Assembly: GCA_963667015.2 (NCBI GenBank)
Contig: CAXXJJ010000001.1
Span: forward strand, 192,001-256,000
Direction: 5' to 3'
Length of the DNA: 64,000 nt
DNA from: Desulfatiglandales bacterium
GTDB lineage: Bacteria; Desulfobacterota; DSM-4660; Desulfatiglandales; HGW-15
The stretch's first letter is position 1. Each line of letters opens with the position of its first letter. Position numbers and translations under genes: made by a program. This document shows, piece by piece, positions 21,627 to 32,872 of this stretch. The notes beneath the pieces were generated by a model that saw nothing but the letters and a program-made list of their open reading frames with translations, searched no databases and was not told the DNA's origin.

Positions 21627-22041
21627 AACGCATTTACAGGCATTCAGAAATCTATTGATACTGATTTTTCTCCCAGGTCTTATGCTCCTCCAGGGATGTG
21701 CCGATTCCCATATTCTTCATCACAGGGAAGATGTAAGCAGAAATTGGATCTATATAGATTTTTCCACAAACCAGCACCCGTATGAGACAGAATCGGCAAT
21801 TGGCGGGGAACACATGACTTTTTATAAGGTCCTTGGTTTTGAGAATGATGAATTTATCGTGACGGTTAAAAATCTCGAAGGACGTGTGGATTGGGGGATA
21901 ACTGGTGATGGGATTCGTATCGAATCTCTTCCTGACGCTGAAAAAAAGAGGGTTTTTGTTGATGCCTCGGAAGCAATTTTTACTTTAGATTTCTCAGCTC
22001 ATCCCTTTGGGAGATATAAACTACGGGTAGAGAAAAAATAG
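21616..22041 (+). CDS. Putative lipoprotein
   Basis: Hydrophobic stretch ending LQGC; overlaps upstream stop; start uncertain. Confidence 0.6.
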   Translation: MPGKTHLQAFRNLLILIFLPGLMLLQGCADSHILHHREDVSRNWIYIDFSTNQHPYETESAIGGEHMTFYKVLGFENDEFIVTVKNLEGRVDWGITGDGIRIESLPDAEKKRVFVDASEAIFTLDFSAHPFGRYKLRVEKK

Positions 22042-22270
22042 GGGTATTACTATGGAAAACACAATCAGGCAGAATGATATAATTGGAAAACTTCCGGAAA
22101 TACAGGAGCTGATCCAGGATATGGCCGCTGAACTGAGGTTCAGGGGGTGCGATGAAAATCACAAACTGATAAAGCAGGCCTATATTGTTAATGGATGGCT
22201 GCATAAGGCTGGAGACAACAAATAGCACGGCCCTGACGACATATTAGATCAATAATCAAATACAGTTTAT

Positions 22271-23656
22271 TTAAACCTGTTTATCCTTCCATTTTCCCAT
22301 TGAAAATAAAATAACATATCCGCATGTAAGCATCACAAAACTCAGGGCCATAGCCCATCTGACACCAAGTACCTCCAGGCCCCACAATTTTGGAAATATT
22401 ATTGCCATTGGCAGAAGCAGGCACCATGTGGTTCCGACCTCAAATGTCATTGGAACGGTTGTGTCTCCGACACCCGTAAAAAAATTAAGGAACACAGGCT
22501 CAAGGCCGCACATGAGATATCCCACTACTCCGATCCTTAAAAACACGGTCGTAACCTTTATAAGTTCAGGATCCTTTGTAAATATTGAGATTACAGCTTC
22601 AGGGAAGATAAAGACAAGAGTACAGACTGTAATTACAAATGATTCGGCTATTCCAATTGCATATAATCCGCTCTTTCGAGCCCTTTCAGGCTGTCCCGCC
22701 CCCAGGTTCTGCCCTGCAAGTACTCCTGCGGCTGAACCCATTCCTACCCCTGCCATAAAGAAAATCATCTCAACCCTCTGGAGAACGGTATGTGCTGCAA
22801 CTGCCAGTGTGCCGTAGTTGACTATTATTTTCATTACAATCAGGTTGCTCAGATTTTTCTGTGCCATCATCACAACACCGGGAACCCCTATTTTTACAAT
22901 TCGCCACATAAGGGACGGATCAATACGCATTCCCCTGAGATGCAGATGAAGCTGGGTTTTTCCGGTGAAAAGGACATACAGATTCGCCATGAGCCCGATC
23001 ATCAGGGCCACAACGTTTGCAAGTGCTGCACCAACCACACCAAATCCGGGCACGAAGAGCCATCCGAAAATAAAGATTGGGCTGAGTGAGACATGAAATA
23101 CCTTGCTTATTATGCCTACCATCATAGGCCTGATTGTGTCTCCTGAAGACTGCATTATGTTTTCACATATCATTCCAAGGCTCATAATGACGGCACCGCA
23201 GAAATTTACCTTAAGATAGGCACTGCCGAGCCTGAGTACCTCCGGCTCCACACCCATAAGGAGAAGTATGGTATCGGATGATAAAACCCCTATGGTCGCG
23301 ATAAATACAGACACGGCCATGGCGATTATAAAGGCCTGTCTCGCCACCCTAACAGCATCGTCCGGTTGTTTCATGCCTATAAACCGGGCTATCAGAGCCC
23401 TTGCTCCGATACCAATACCCATCATGGCCGTCATGACGAACATTACAACCATTCCGGATACGCCAACCGCTGCAATAGCATCAGGACCCAGCCTTCCCAC
23501 CCATATCATATCAATGGTCGGTCCTATCATTGCCATGGTATTGCTTATTATCATTGGCCATGAAAGAAGCAGCAGGTTTTTAAAAATATTCCCGCTGGTC
23601 CAGTCTTTTACCGGTCTATTCCTTGCACCAGCCGGCCCTGATTCAGGTTTTTGCAT
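22271..23656 (-). CDS. MATE-family efflux transporter
   Basis: Many TM segments; DMIWVGRLG, GDTIRPM, GQNLGAG. Confidence 0.92.
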   Translation of the reverse strand: MQKPESGPAGARNRPVKDWTSGNIFKNLLLLSWPMIISNTMAMIGPTIDMIWVGRLGPDAIAAVGVSGMVVMFVMTAMMGIGIGARALIARFIGMKQPDDAVRVARQAFIIAMAVSVFIATIGVLSSDTILLLMGVEPEVLRLGSAYLKVNFCGAVIMSLGMICENIMQSSGDTIRPMMVGIISKVFHVSLSPIFIFGWLFVPGFGVVGAALANVVALMIGLMANLYVLFTGKTQLHLHLRGMRIDPSLMWRIVKIGVPGVVMMAQKNLSNLIVMKIIVNYGTLAVAAHTVLQRVEMIFFMAGVGMGSAAGVLAGQNLGAGQPERARKSGLYAIGIAESFVITVCTLVFIFPEAVISIFTKDPELIKVTTVFLRIGVVGYLMCGLEPVFLNFFTGVGDTTVPMTFEVGTTWCLLLPMAIIFPKLWGLEVLGVRWAMALSFVMLTCGYVILFSMGKWKDKQV

Positions 23657-23796
23657 ATATTTTCCTTTTATCTTTCATTTATACCTGTTCGGCTAAATGC
23701 AGATGATACTAAACTTTTAATTTTTTTTAGCTAAAACCAAATTAAAGACGAACCGGGCTTTTCCGGGGTATTGTACCGGTAATACCTGAACTGACT

Positions 23797-25875
23797 TTAT
23801 CCAATTAACTCTATCATTTTTTCAGGGCTCACAACAGGGGCAGAACATGAGTTGTTGCGGCAGACATATGCAGTTGCCTTTGATTCTATACATTTATAGT
23901 CTTTAAGATATTCTGCGATCAGATCAATCTCGGGATTTTTCTCCGACGGCCTGAAAACAGTTACCTGTTCTGGGTTAAACTTTTTGTTAAGAGCCTTTAT
24001 CATTTCAGCCGTATCATCGTTGTCCCTGATACCTGTAATAACTATTTCACAGGACAGGCCCTCAATAAATTCCAATGCGCACATCAGAAAGGTATGAGCA
24101 GAAGGCATCTTTTTTACTGCTTCTGAAAAGGCCGCGGCAGTATCCTCTGCATATTTCTCAAGATCCGATCGTCCTGTGATCCGCGCAAGCCTTATAAGGT
24201 TGAGCATTGCAGTGGAATTGGCAGAGGGAACTGCCCCGTCATAGACCTCCCTTTTTCTTATCAGCAGGGCTTCACCGTCATCCGGTGTAAAAAAGAACCC
24301 GCCCCTGCCGCTGTCATGAAACCTTTTAATAAAAAGATCGGTCAATTCCACTGCATGTTTCAGATATTTGACCTCAAAGGTTGCTTCGTACAGTTCTATC
24401 AGCCCCCATATGAAAAAGGCATAGTCATCGGCATTGCTATCGATTGCTGCCTCTTTTTCCCTGTACCTGTGAAGCAGTCTTCCATTATTTCCTCTCATTT
24501 TTTCGAGGATGAAATCCGCGGCTTTTTTTGCTGCCTCAGAATATTTTATATTATCAAAGGCCCTTGAGCCAAGGGCAAGGGCTGCGATCATGAGACCGTT
24601 CCAGTCAGTAAGAATCTTGTCATCCTTGTAGGGGTGAATTCTTTTTTCCCGTTCTCTGAATAACATGTCCCTGGCAGATAAAATCATATCTTCCAGTTCC
24701 CGTAGAGGTATATTCCTGTCTTTTGCAGTCTCTGCCGGAGATCTTGAAAGGTGCAGAATATTGTCTCCGGTATTTTTACCGGTAGCCTCTTCCTTGAAAT
24801 TTCCTTCTTTTTTAATATTGAAGAGATCAACCAGTTGATCGGCTCCATCTCCCAGAATTTCTCTTATCTCTTCTTCCTTCCACACATAGAACTTTCCCTC
24901 TTCTCCTTCACTGTCCGCGTCTTCGGCAGAATAGAATCCTCCTTCAGGAGAAGTCATGTCCCGCAGGACATAGGTAAAAATCTCCTCTACTGTTGATGCA
25001 TACTCCTTTTTACCGGTTGCAAGGTATGTCTCAATATAGGCTATGGCAAGCATAGCCTGGTCATACAGCATCTTTTCAAAATGGGGCAAAAGCCATTCCC
25101 TGTCCGTTGAGTAACGGTGGAATCCGTAACCTATATGATCATAGATGCCTCCCTGTCTCATCATGGACAGGGTTTTTTCAACCATATCGAGCGCCTTTTC
25201 ATAACCCGTTCTTTTCCAGTATCGCAGTAAAAACAAAAAATTATGGGGGCTGGGAAACTTGGGCGCACTGCCGAACCCTCCCAGATCTTCATCATATCTG
25301 CTCTCAAGTTCATCAAATGCCTTATCCAGTATTGATTTATCCATCCTGTGGCCCGGGGTCAGATTATCAACATCTTTAAGGACAGCCTGAATTTTTTTTG
25401 CAGATTCCAGCACTTCGCTGTTTCTGTTTTCCCATATATCCTTAATCCTCGGAATAAGGTCCATCATGCCGACTCTTCCAAAACGGGTGTTTTTAGGGAT
25501 ATATGTGCCGGCGAAAAACGGAATCCTGTCAGGTGTCATAATTATGGTAAGAGGCCATCCCCCGCTCTGAGTAAGCATCTGACATACTGTCATGTATACA
25601 TTATCGAGATCAGGGCGTTCCTCCCGGTCAACCTTTATGGCTATCATCTCATTATTCATTAACTCGGCAACTTCAGTATCTTCAAAGGATTCCCTTTCCA
25701 TCACGTGACACCAGTGGCATGTTGAGTATCCGATTGACAGGAATATGGGTCTGTTCAGCTCTGCCGCCTTCTCAAAGGCCTCATCAGACCAGGGATACCA
25801 GTCAACAGGATTATGTGCATGCTGAAGGAGGTAGGGGCTTTTTTCTTTGATCAGCCTGTTTGCTTTTTTTTCCAT
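23797..25875 (-). CDS. YyaL/DUF255 thioredoxin-domain protein
   Basis: [46 protein letters not shown]. Confidence 0.93.
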   Translation of the reverse strand: MEKKANRLIKEKSPYLLQHAHNPVDWYPWSDEAFEKAAELNRPIFLSIGYSTCHWCHVMERESFEDTEVAELMNNEMIAIKVDREERPDLDNVYMTVCQMLTQSGGWPLTIIMTPDRIPFFAGTYIPKNTRFGRVGMMDLIPRIKDIWENRNSEVLESAKKIQAVLKDVDNLTPGHRMDKSILDKAFDELESRYDEDLGGFGSAPKFPSPHNFLFLLRYWKRTGYEKALDMVEKTLSMMRQGGIYDHIGYGFHRYSTDREWLLPHFEKMLYDQAMLAIAYIETYLATGKKEYASTVEEIFTYVLRDMTSPEGGFYSAEDADSEGEEGKFYVWKEEEIREILGDGADQLVDLFNIKKEGNFKEEATGKNTGDNILHLSRSPAETAKDRNIPLRELEDMILSARDMLFREREKRIHPYKDDKILTDWNGLMIAALALGSRAFDNIKYSEAAKKAADFILEKMRGNNGRLLHRYREKEAAIDSNADDYAFFIWGLIELYEATFEVKYLKHAVELTDLFIKRFHDSGRGGFFFTPDDGEALLIRKREVYDGAVPSANSTAMLNLIRLARITGRSDLEKYAEDTAAAFSEAVKKMPSAHTFLMCALEFIEGLSCEIVITGIRDNDDTAEMIKALNKKFNPEQVTVFRPSEKNPEIDLIAEYLKDYKCIESKATAYVCRNNSCSAPVVSPEKMIELIG

Positions 25876-25964
25876 GATTTATCTCAGTCAATTGTTATTA
25901 TCTGTCAGCGGTATTTTAAAAACTATAAGCACTGAGAATGGTTAGGCAACCTGAGGGGCAGGGT

Positions 25965-26684
25965 TTATTCTATTGGAGCAGTCGGAATCTTCAGGGTTAC
26001 CGTTGTTCCCGAACCCGTCTCACTTTCTATATGGATTGTCCCTTTATGCTTTTCAAGGACTTCTCTTGCAACCGTGAGGCCTAAGCCCACGCCAAAACGC
26101 TTTGTACTGAATAAAGGTTCAAAGATCCTTGGAAGTATGTCATCAGGGATTCCATTTCCGGTATCAGATATGCTGATTGTTATTGATTCTTCTTCCATTG
26201 AGGAGCGGATAGTCAGTTTGTTTTCTTTCGAATTACCTTCGTTCATTGCCTGCAATGCATTTTTTATAATAAAGGAAAAGGCACGCCTGAGGTTGTCCGG
26301 GTCAATTGATACCGCGTGATTGCAATTCAAATCATATACACATTCTATTGAGGGCGGCATGTTCTGTTCTTCAAGAAAGCCCCTGATCCACGCATCTATA
26401 ATTACCGGTATTGTATTGATTTCCACATCCTGAGTAATGTCTATAAATTCAGCAAGAATATTGTCACACCTTGTAATATTGCGTTCGGCAAGCCTGATAG
26501 CTCTTTCTATCCTTTCCGGCTGATTTTTCTTTATGGCTGTTTTTATTGAAAAGATAGATGTGTTAATAGTGCCGAGCGGATTCCTGATATCATGTGCAAT
26601 GCTTGCTGTAAGCCTTCCCAGAATCGTCAGCTTTTCCTTTAATGATGGATCTTTTGCCAGCTGAGTATCCTTTTTATCTGGCAT
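25965..26684 (-). CDS. Histidine kinase core (HisKA + HATPase) without a sensor domain
   Basis: IAHDIRNPL, DTGNGI, FEPLFSTK, GVGLGL. Confidence 0.88.
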   Translation of the reverse strand: MPDKKDTQLAKDPSLKEKLTILGRLTASIAHDIRNPLGTINTSIFSIKTAIKKNQPERIERAIRLAERNITRCDNILAEFIDITQDVEINTIPVIIDAWIRGFLEEQNMPPSIECVYDLNCNHAVSIDPDNLRRAFSFIIKNALQAMNEGNSKENKLTIRSSMEEESITISISDTGNGIPDDILPRIFEPLFSTKRFGVGLGLTVAREVLEKHKGTIHIESETGSGTTVTLKIPTAPIE

Positions 26685-28677
26685 CAATAACCTCTCTTAT
26701 CTCTCTTAACATGTTTTTAACATTATAGGGCTTCTGGATAAAACCCTTTGCACCCGAATCCATGGCTGATTTTGCATCGCCGTCAGGAGAATAACCGCTT
26801 GCTATGACAACCTTTACATCAGTATCCCTTTTCAGGAATTCATCAAGACATTTCTTTCCTCCCATGCCGGGCATAATCAGGTCAAGTATGACAAGTGATA
26901 TTTTTTCATTACCATTAAAATACATCTCAAGCGCGGTCTCTCCGTCAGAAGCGGTGATGACATTATACCCGAATTTGGATAATATCTGCACCCCGAGATC
27001 CCTGACAAATACCTCATCATCAACAATAAGGATGGTTTCGGTCCCGCCTGTCGGCATATCACCTTCTTTTTTTTCGGAAGCCTCAGGTAAAACCTGTTTA
27101 ATTGCAGGAAGATAGATCTGAAAGGTTGTCCCTACACCGCTCTGGCTTTTACATACGATATGGCCGTTGTGTTTACTGACAAGACCATAGACCATGGACA
27201 ATCCGAGACCTGTTCCCTTTCCCAATTCCTTTGTTGTAAAAAAGGGTTCAAAAATCCTTTCCGATTCTTCAGGTGTCATGCCTTTGCCATTGTCTGTCAT
27301 AGAAAGGACTACATAATTGCCTGGAGCCAGTCCGGGCATATTTTTACAATCATTCTCATTAAGGACAGTATTTTCGGTCCTGATTATTATCTTTCCCTCC
27401 TCTCCTATCGCATCCCTCGCGTTTACAGCCAGGTTCATCATTATCTGCTCAATCTGTGAGGGATCTGCATTGACGATCTGCAGATTTTTATCCAGTTCCA
27501 GTTCTAAAACGATCATCTTTGGAATTGTTCTTTCGAGAAGGTTCTTGACGTCTCTGACCTCATTATTCAGGTCCACAGGTTTCATTTTGCTTTCAACCTT
27601 CCGGCTGAAGGCAAGTAGCTGCTGTGTCAGTTCACTCGCTCTTTTTGCTGCCCTTTCTATGCTTGTGAGCTTTGTATAATCCGGACTCTCTTCAGTCATA
27701 TCCATAAGGAGGATCTGCGTGTAGCCGAGAATAGCCTGAAGAGAATTATTGAAGTCATGGGATATGCCCCCTGCAAGGGTTCCTATACTCTCCATTTTCT
27801 GGGCCTGCTGAAGATGCTGTTCCATATTTCTTTTTTCTTCTTCAGCTATTTTTCTTTCTGTTATATCCGTTACTACAGCAAAGCATCCTTTAGGCTGCCC
27901 CTGGGGGTCAACTATAGATTGCGGGGAAACAATAGTAGGAAGCTCTGCTCCATCCTTTTTAATCCATGTAAGTTCATAGGGCGAAATATCGCCTATGCTG
28001 CAATTTTCTGCAAACCATGAATAGATTCTTAAGTTTTCACCATCAAGAAAATCCGAAGCCTTTTTACCCAGCAGCTCATCCTCATCATATCCTGTCATTT
28101 TCATGAATTTATGGTTTACATATGTAATGGTTCCCTCAGGATTTTCCATGATAAGACCATCGTTCATTGTTTCAACAAGCAGGCGGTAACGTTCTTCACT
28201 CTCCTTAAGCCTTGTATTTATTTCCTCAAGTTCGATGTTCCTTTTGCTCAGGGCCTCCTGCGCATCAAGCTTTTCTTTTTCGAGCTGAAGTTTTTCAAAG
28301 CATCGTTCAAGGGTTTTAAGAAGCTGAGGAGGATTAAGGGGTTTTCTTAGATAATCATAGGCCCCTTCCTGAAATGCCTCTATGGCAGAATCGGCCTCTG
28401 CAAAGGCAGTCATAATAACAGGAACAATATTGGGACAGGTTTCTTTGAATTTTGTGATAAGGTTAAGCCCGTTTTCATGGCCAAGCCTCACATCCAGAAG
28501 GACAACGTCTGCATAAAAAGATTCTATTTTCTCTACAGCCTCATTCTCATTGTGGGCCATCCCGACATCATATCCATATGTCTCAAGAATATCTGTCAGG
28601 CTTAGAACAAAATCTCTTTCATCGTCGACAATCAGGATTTTCCTTATGTCACTTGAAACACTATTCATAATATTCAC
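26674..28677 (-). CDS. Hybrid histidine kinase (REC-PAS-HisKA-HATPase-REC)
   Basis: ILIVDDE at both ends, PAS, GGISHDFNNSL, GTGLGLS. Confidence 0.93.
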   Translation of the reverse strand: MNIMNSVSSDIRKILIVDDERDFVLSLTDILETYGYDVGMAHNENEAVEKIESFYADVVLLDVRLGHENGLNLITKFKETCPNIVPVIMTAFAEADSAIEAFQEGAYDYLRKPLNPPQLLKTLERCFEKLQLEKEKLDAQEALSKRNIELEEINTRLKESEERYRLLVETMNDGLIMENPEGTITYVNHKFMKMTGYDEDELLGKKASDFLDGENLRIYSWFAENCSIGDISPYELTWIKKDGAELPTIVSPQSIVDPQGQPKGCFAVVTDITERKIAEEEKRNMEQHLQQAQKMESIGTLAGGISHDFNNSLQAILGYTQILLMDMTEESPDYTKLTSIERAAKRASELTQQLLAFSRKVESKMKPVDLNNEVRDVKNLLERTIPKMIVLELELDKNLQIVNADPSQIEQIMMNLAVNARDAIGEEGKIIIRTENTVLNENDCKNMPGLAPGNYVVLSMTDNGKGMTPEESERIFEPFFTTKELGKGTGLGLSMVYGLVSKHNGHIVCKSQSGVGTTFQIYLPAIKQVLPEASEKKEGDMPTGGTETILIVDDEVFVRDLGVQILSKFGYNVITASDGETALEMYFNGNEKISLVILDLIMPGMGGKKCLDEFLKRDTDVKVVIASGYSPDGDAKSAMDSGAKGFIQKPYNVKNMLREIREVIDAR

Positions 28678-29073
28678 TCCGGTAAAAACCGTTTCAGCAA
28701 AACAGGCAGCAGCCGCTATGCCTGTTGGCTCTTAATGGGCCTTTACTGAACTCAAAGGCCTTGATCTTATAACCCATTAATAAACCGACTATTTATCCCT
28801 GTATTATGCTATTCGGTTTTTTTAATTAATAGCTAAAATAATCTTTTCTACAAAAGTGATATTAAGAAAAATAAAGTTAAAAAATAAGAAACAAGTTGCA
28901 AAAACCGGTCGAACTGAAGATGAAAAAATAATACAAATTAATAAAGACTCAGAAGGATCCAGGCTGATAAATTGCCGTTTTTAAGCTGTTACTGACAAAG
29001 TATATGTATAACCGACAGTTATGTCAACAAAAGCAGACTTAAGTAACTTATTTAATATTAAGTATAACAGGGT

Positions 29074-29961
29074 TCATTTTTTAATTATTGTATATTTATT
29101 AATCATATGATGAGGAAGGTAGGATTCCTTTGCCTTCCTGAGCCCCTCCACTCCCAGATCCTGCTCCCGGTTGATAAATTCGATTTCAGACCATGCATTG
29201 CTGCAGAACATCTGGTTTATGGCAGTATAAAGCCCCGGAATTTCAGGATTCGCCTTTTCAATATGTATTACCCCCGTATTTCCGTTCAATACCTCGCCCA
29301 GCGAAAAGGCCTCTATTCGCCCGTTAATCTTAATGGCGCCCCCCCGATAATCAAGATCCTCAAAGTAGGTCAGTGCCATGCGTACGGCATAATCTTCGGA
29401 TAGAAGGTCCGGTATCTCCATACACTCTCTCATTTTGCACCACTCCTCCTGCATATCGATGAAACACTCTACCAGTTCCAGGTCAAGCTCGCGATATTCA
29501 TACTGATAACTTTTTACAAACTGATTGAGGAGATTTTTTTTCCGGTGATATTTCCTGCCGGAGAGCTGAACAAGGTCGAGGGTTGAATAGACATAGTCAC
29601 TGTTATCCCTGTCAGGCAGGCATGAGAACCTATTTTGATCCACCACTTCGGAAACAAATCTTTCACCTGCCCTGCAGATCTTTGGCTCCCCGGTTTGCCA
29701 GCCAAGGTATTCCAGCAGTTTATCCAGGGCAGCAGATTTATCACCCAGTCCGACAGGCTGAAGTCCAAAAGGTGTCTTCCCTTCGGGGTTGAGGATTATC
29801 AGCAGGACATTATCCAGCTCTGTCCACACAGGATGATAAAGTCCCCGCCACATGAACAGATTTGTGAAGGTCAATTCCGAAATATCAGGAGGATCTTCTT
29901 TAAGATATCTATTGAAAATTTTCCTGTCTTCAATCTCAACCGGTTTAAAATCAAGAGACAT
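29074..29961 (-). CDS. DUF2156 protein (phosphatidylglycerol lysyltransferase C-terminal-like)
   Basis: FTNLFMW, DYVY, IHIEKAN, INREQDLGVEGLRKAKESY. Confidence 0.88.
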   Translation of the reverse strand: MSLDFKPVEIEDRKIFNRYLKEDPPDISELTFTNLFMWRGLYHPVWTELDNVLLIILNPEGKTPFGLQPVGLGDKSAALDKLLEYLGWQTGEPKICRAGERFVSEVVDQNRFSCLPDRDNSDYVYSTLDLVQLSGRKYHRKKNLLNQFVKSYQYEYRELDLELVECFIDMQEEWCKMRECMEIPDLLSEDYAVRMALTYFEDLDYRGGAIKINGRIEAFSLGEVLNGNTGVIHIEKANPEIPGLYTAINQMFCSNAWSEIEFINREQDLGVEGLRKAKESYLPHHMINKYTIIKK

Positions 29962-29991
29962 ACTTGTTATCCTTTCAATATAAAAAACCCT

Positions 29992-30555
29992 TTATCCAGA
30001 TACAAGATGAGTGATAAGGACCTTAACACCTATCCCTATAAGGACAATGCCTGCAGCCACCTCCATCTTTTTCTCAAAAAAATGTGTCCCCCTGTCACCT
30101 ATCCATACCCCTATAAAGGACATGATAAATGTAATAACACCGATAATTAGAACAGGAGTAACGACAGATACATTAAGCAGCGCAAAGCTCACACCGGCAG
30201 CAAACGCATCAATACTTGTGGCTATTGACAGGGCAAAAAGCACACCTATATCCATGGGATCACACCTGTCTTCAGCACATTCAATCTTAAATGCCTCATA
30301 AATCATTTTACACCCGATGAACAGAAGCATACCAAACACTATCCAGTGGTCAATATGGGCAATATGGGCCTGAAGTTTCACTCCCCCAAGCCAGCCCAGA
30401 AGAGGCATGATTGCCTGAAAAAAACCAAACCATGCGGCAATAATAAGAGAATGTTTAATGCGCAGATCTTTTATAGCTATGCCACTGGCAATGGATACGG
30501 CAAATGCATCCATTCCCAGGGCAACAGCAAGAAGAATTATTGTTATAAGATTCAT
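29992..30555 (-). CDS. mntP: Manganese efflux pump MntP
   Basis: ALGMDAFAVS and ATSIDAFAAG motifs. Confidence 0.9.
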   Translation of the reverse strand: MNLITIILLAVALGMDAFAVSIASGIAIKDLRIKHSLIIAAWFGFFQAIMPLLGWLGGVKLQAHIAHIDHWIVFGMLLFIGCKMIYEAFKIECAEDRCDPMDIGVLFALSIATSIDAFAAGVSFALLNVSVVTPVLIIGVITFIMSFIGVWIGDRGTHFFEKKMEVAAGIVLIGIGVKVLITHLVSG

Positions 30556-30690
30556 TTATTTTTAAAGCACCTGGATTTTTTATTAATCATTATTATTGTA
30601 ATATAGTTTACAATAGTCCAATTCATTAAACATGACAAGGTCTCATCAGAAAAGGAAATTGCTGAATAATTTTATGAGAGGTCAAAAACA

Positions 30691-31140
30691 ATGGGAAATG
30701 ACAGCATAATAATAAAATGCACAAACTGCGGAACAAAAAACCGGGTCCCGGTTTCAAAAAAAGGAGCAAACCCGGTATGCGGAAAATGCAAGACGCCCCT
30801 GTCAACAGATTTCGGCCCCGGAGTTCCGGTTGATATAACAGACCATACATTCGAGTCAGAGGTTGTCTCAAGCCCCGGTCCTGTACTTGTAGACTGCTGG
30901 GCACCATGGTGCGGACCATGCAGAAGCCTTGGCCCGGTACTGGAGCAGCTTGCTTCCGAGTATAAAGGAAGGCTGAAAATAGCAAAGCTTAACACTGATG
31001 ATAATCCGAAGATATCCATGAAATATAATATAAGGAGTATCCCTACAATGCTTCTTTTTAATAATGGTAATTTAGTGGATACACTGGTGGGAGCCCTGCC
31101 CAAGCAGGAGATTGAGAGAAAGCTTGCAGCGATTGTTTAA
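30691..31140 (+). CDS. trxC: Thioredoxin 2 with Zn-finger
   Basis: CTNC/CGKC Zn finger, WAPWCGPC. Confidence 0.92.
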   Translation: MGNDSIIIKCTNCGTKNRVPVSKKGANPVCGKCKTPLSTDFGPGVPVDITDHTFESEVVSSPGPVLVDCWAPWCGPCRSLGPVLEQLASEYKGRLKIAKLNTDDNPKISMKYNIRSIPTMLLFNNGNLVDTLVGALPKQEIERKLAAIV

Positions 31141-31144
31141 AAAC

Positions 31145-31218
31145 AGATACTTGATGCTGGATACTGGTTTCCGGATTTTTGATACTGGAAAAAACAAGAA
31201 AAACCAGTATCCGGTATC
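31145..31218. repeat. Short GATACTGG / CCAGTATC inverted repeat cluster downstream of trxC
   Basis: GATACTGG-like units followed by inverted CCAGTATC; can fold as a hairpin. Confidence 0.45.
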
Positions 31219-31349
31219 TACTTAAATCAACTAATAAACGCTTCCATTTCTTCCAAAACACCCTTTCTATAGCTCACAATGCACTACAAAAATGAGTTAT
31301 AGAATGATAATCTATAACTCACAAAATGAAGCGAATTCTGTTAATCCAA

Positions 31350-31378
31350 TTGACAACTGTAACGTGACAACTTACAAT
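31350..31378 (+). promoter_or_regulatory. Sigma-70 promoter of higBA with overlapping operator
   Basis: TTGACA (31350) - 17 bp - TACAAT (31373); palindrome TGTAA-N9-TTACA at 31358-31376. Confidence 0.8.
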
Positions 31379-31384
31379 GCCTTA

Positions 31385-31666
31385 ATGATAAAAACATTTG
31401 CCAATAAAGAAACACAACAACTTTATATCAAGGGTAAATCGAAACACGTGCCTTCGGATTTAATAAGAAGAGCTGTAAGACGACTTGAGTATATTAACCT
31501 GGCAAAAAAGATTGAAGACCTCAGGGTACCTCCCAGTAATCGTTTACATGCTCTCAAAGGCAATAGAGAAGGTCAATTTTCTATATCAATCAATAATCAA
31601 TGGCGTATCTGTTTTCGTTACATCGATGGCGATGCATATGATGTAGAAATAGCGGATTACCATTAA
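31385..31666 (+). CDS. higB: HigB (RelE-like) toxin
   Basis: MIKTFANKET...DLRVPPSNRLHALKGNREGQFSISINNQWRICF...DYH. Confidence 0.9.
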   Translation: MIKTFANKETQQLYIKGKSKHVPSDLIRRAVRRLEYINLAKKIEDLRVPPSNRLHALKGNREGQFSISINNQWRICFRYIDGDAYDVEIADYH

Positions 31667-31675
31667 GGAGTAAAA

Positions 31676-31990
31676 ATGGCTATTAAGAACAATAAAAAGC
31701 GTGTAATACCACCGACTCATCCGGGAGAAATGCTCAGGGAAGATTTCATGCCCGATTTTGATCTAAATGCTACTTCAATGGCAAGTGCGTTAGGAGTATC
31801 AAGACAAACAATTAATGAACTGCTCAGAGAGCGGAGGTCGATAACTTCTTTAATGGCATTGAGGCTATCCAGACTTTTCGGAAATTCTCCTGATTTCTGG
31901 CTTAATGCTCAACATGCAAGGGATCTATGGGAATCTGAACAGCTTTATTATAAAGAATTAGTAAAAATCCAACCCTTAAATGCTGCATAA
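31676..31990 (+). CDS. higA: HigA antitoxin
   Basis: PTHPGEMLREDF, MALRLSRLFGNSPDFWLNAQ. Confidence 0.92.
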   Translation: MAIKNNKKRVIPPTHPGEMLREDFMPDFDLNATSMASALGVSRQTINELLRERRSITSLMALRLSRLFGNSPDFWLNAQHARDLWESEQLYYKELVKIQPLNAA

Positions 31991-32119
31991 TTTTTTTGCT
32001 GAAGGTTAGGGAAATACCGGAGTTTAATTCCATTTACATTAATCAGCAATACCGAATTTGTTTAATATGGGAGGAAGGCTATGCCTGTGTAATTGAAATC
32101 ACAAATTGCCACTAATGAT

Positions 32120-32278
32120 TCAGTAGGATGTCGGCTGCCCCGTGTATTGAGCATGTCTGCAGATTTCTGGCTGGGCCTGCAGCAGGATTGGGATCTCTGG
32201 CATACAATGAACCACCCGGAAGCAAAACAATTCAAACGCCTGAAACCAATTCCAAGAGATCAACATTCTTTTTCATAA
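32120..32278 (+). pseudogene. C-terminal remnant of a second HigA antitoxin
   Basis: RLPRVLSMSADFWLGLQQDWDLW matches the HigA C-terminal pattern; HTH N-terminus missing. Confidence 0.7.
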
Positions 32279-32512
32279 CAATATCAAGCCACTAAACCAG
32301 TCCAGGCTATAAAACGTCCGGATTTTTTCTTTATTACCCAACATCAGAAAACCTGCCCTGTTGAATAGGGTTCCCCACGGGGGAATTAAACTTGGTAAGC
32401 ACCAAGCTCGTTGGATGATAAAACATCATCACTTAAGTGAGATTGTGAACAAGACTGTTTGATGCCCTTATATTCAAAAAAATCGAAAGATCTATTATAG
32501 GGAGAAGATGCG

Positions 32513-32730
32513 TTAATAAATTTGTATTACTGCTATGCCTGTTTGTGAGCTGTATCTTCTTGCGGCCCTGTCATCAGTAACAAAAATAAATCCCTGCTCT
32601 GCTGTCGATATGCATGATGCCTCACCTTTGCCAAGGTATCCGCATAAATCAATGTAGGCCGGGTGTTCTTTCCTGCTCAGAATGCATATACCAAATATCT
32701 TTTTTTCAATGAAGTTGTCTATTATAAAAT
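32513..32730 (-). pseudogene. PIN-domain (DUF3368-like) gene remnant
   Basis: Manual translation: ...YLGKGEASCISTAEQGFIFVTDDRAARRYSSQTGIAVIQIY*; no start codon before the upstream in-frame stop. Confidence 0.65.
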
Positions 32731-32820
32731 CCGGATGGTTATGGGAAGTTAAGTTTAAATAATAAGCAGATTAGCTTGGCTCGTCCCCATTACAATTTCA
32801 TAAAACACGCTTTTAGATGT

Positions 32821-32858
32821 TTGTTTTATGATCCTTTAGGTGGTACGCTTAGACGTAC
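32821..32858 (+). promoter_or_regulatory. Candidate promoter/operator of the Phd-RelE pair
   Basis: TTGTTT-17-TACGCT with overlapping palindrome GTACG-N6-CGTAC (32843-32858). Confidence 0.5.
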
Positions 32859-32872
32859 AAAAGGAGACTGAT

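Noticed and set aside
30556..30690. yybP-ykoY manganese riboswitch upstream of mntP
   Set aside because: GAGACCTT is present on the minus strand, but the 5' GGGGAGTAG-like element is not visible; an Rfam scan would be needed.
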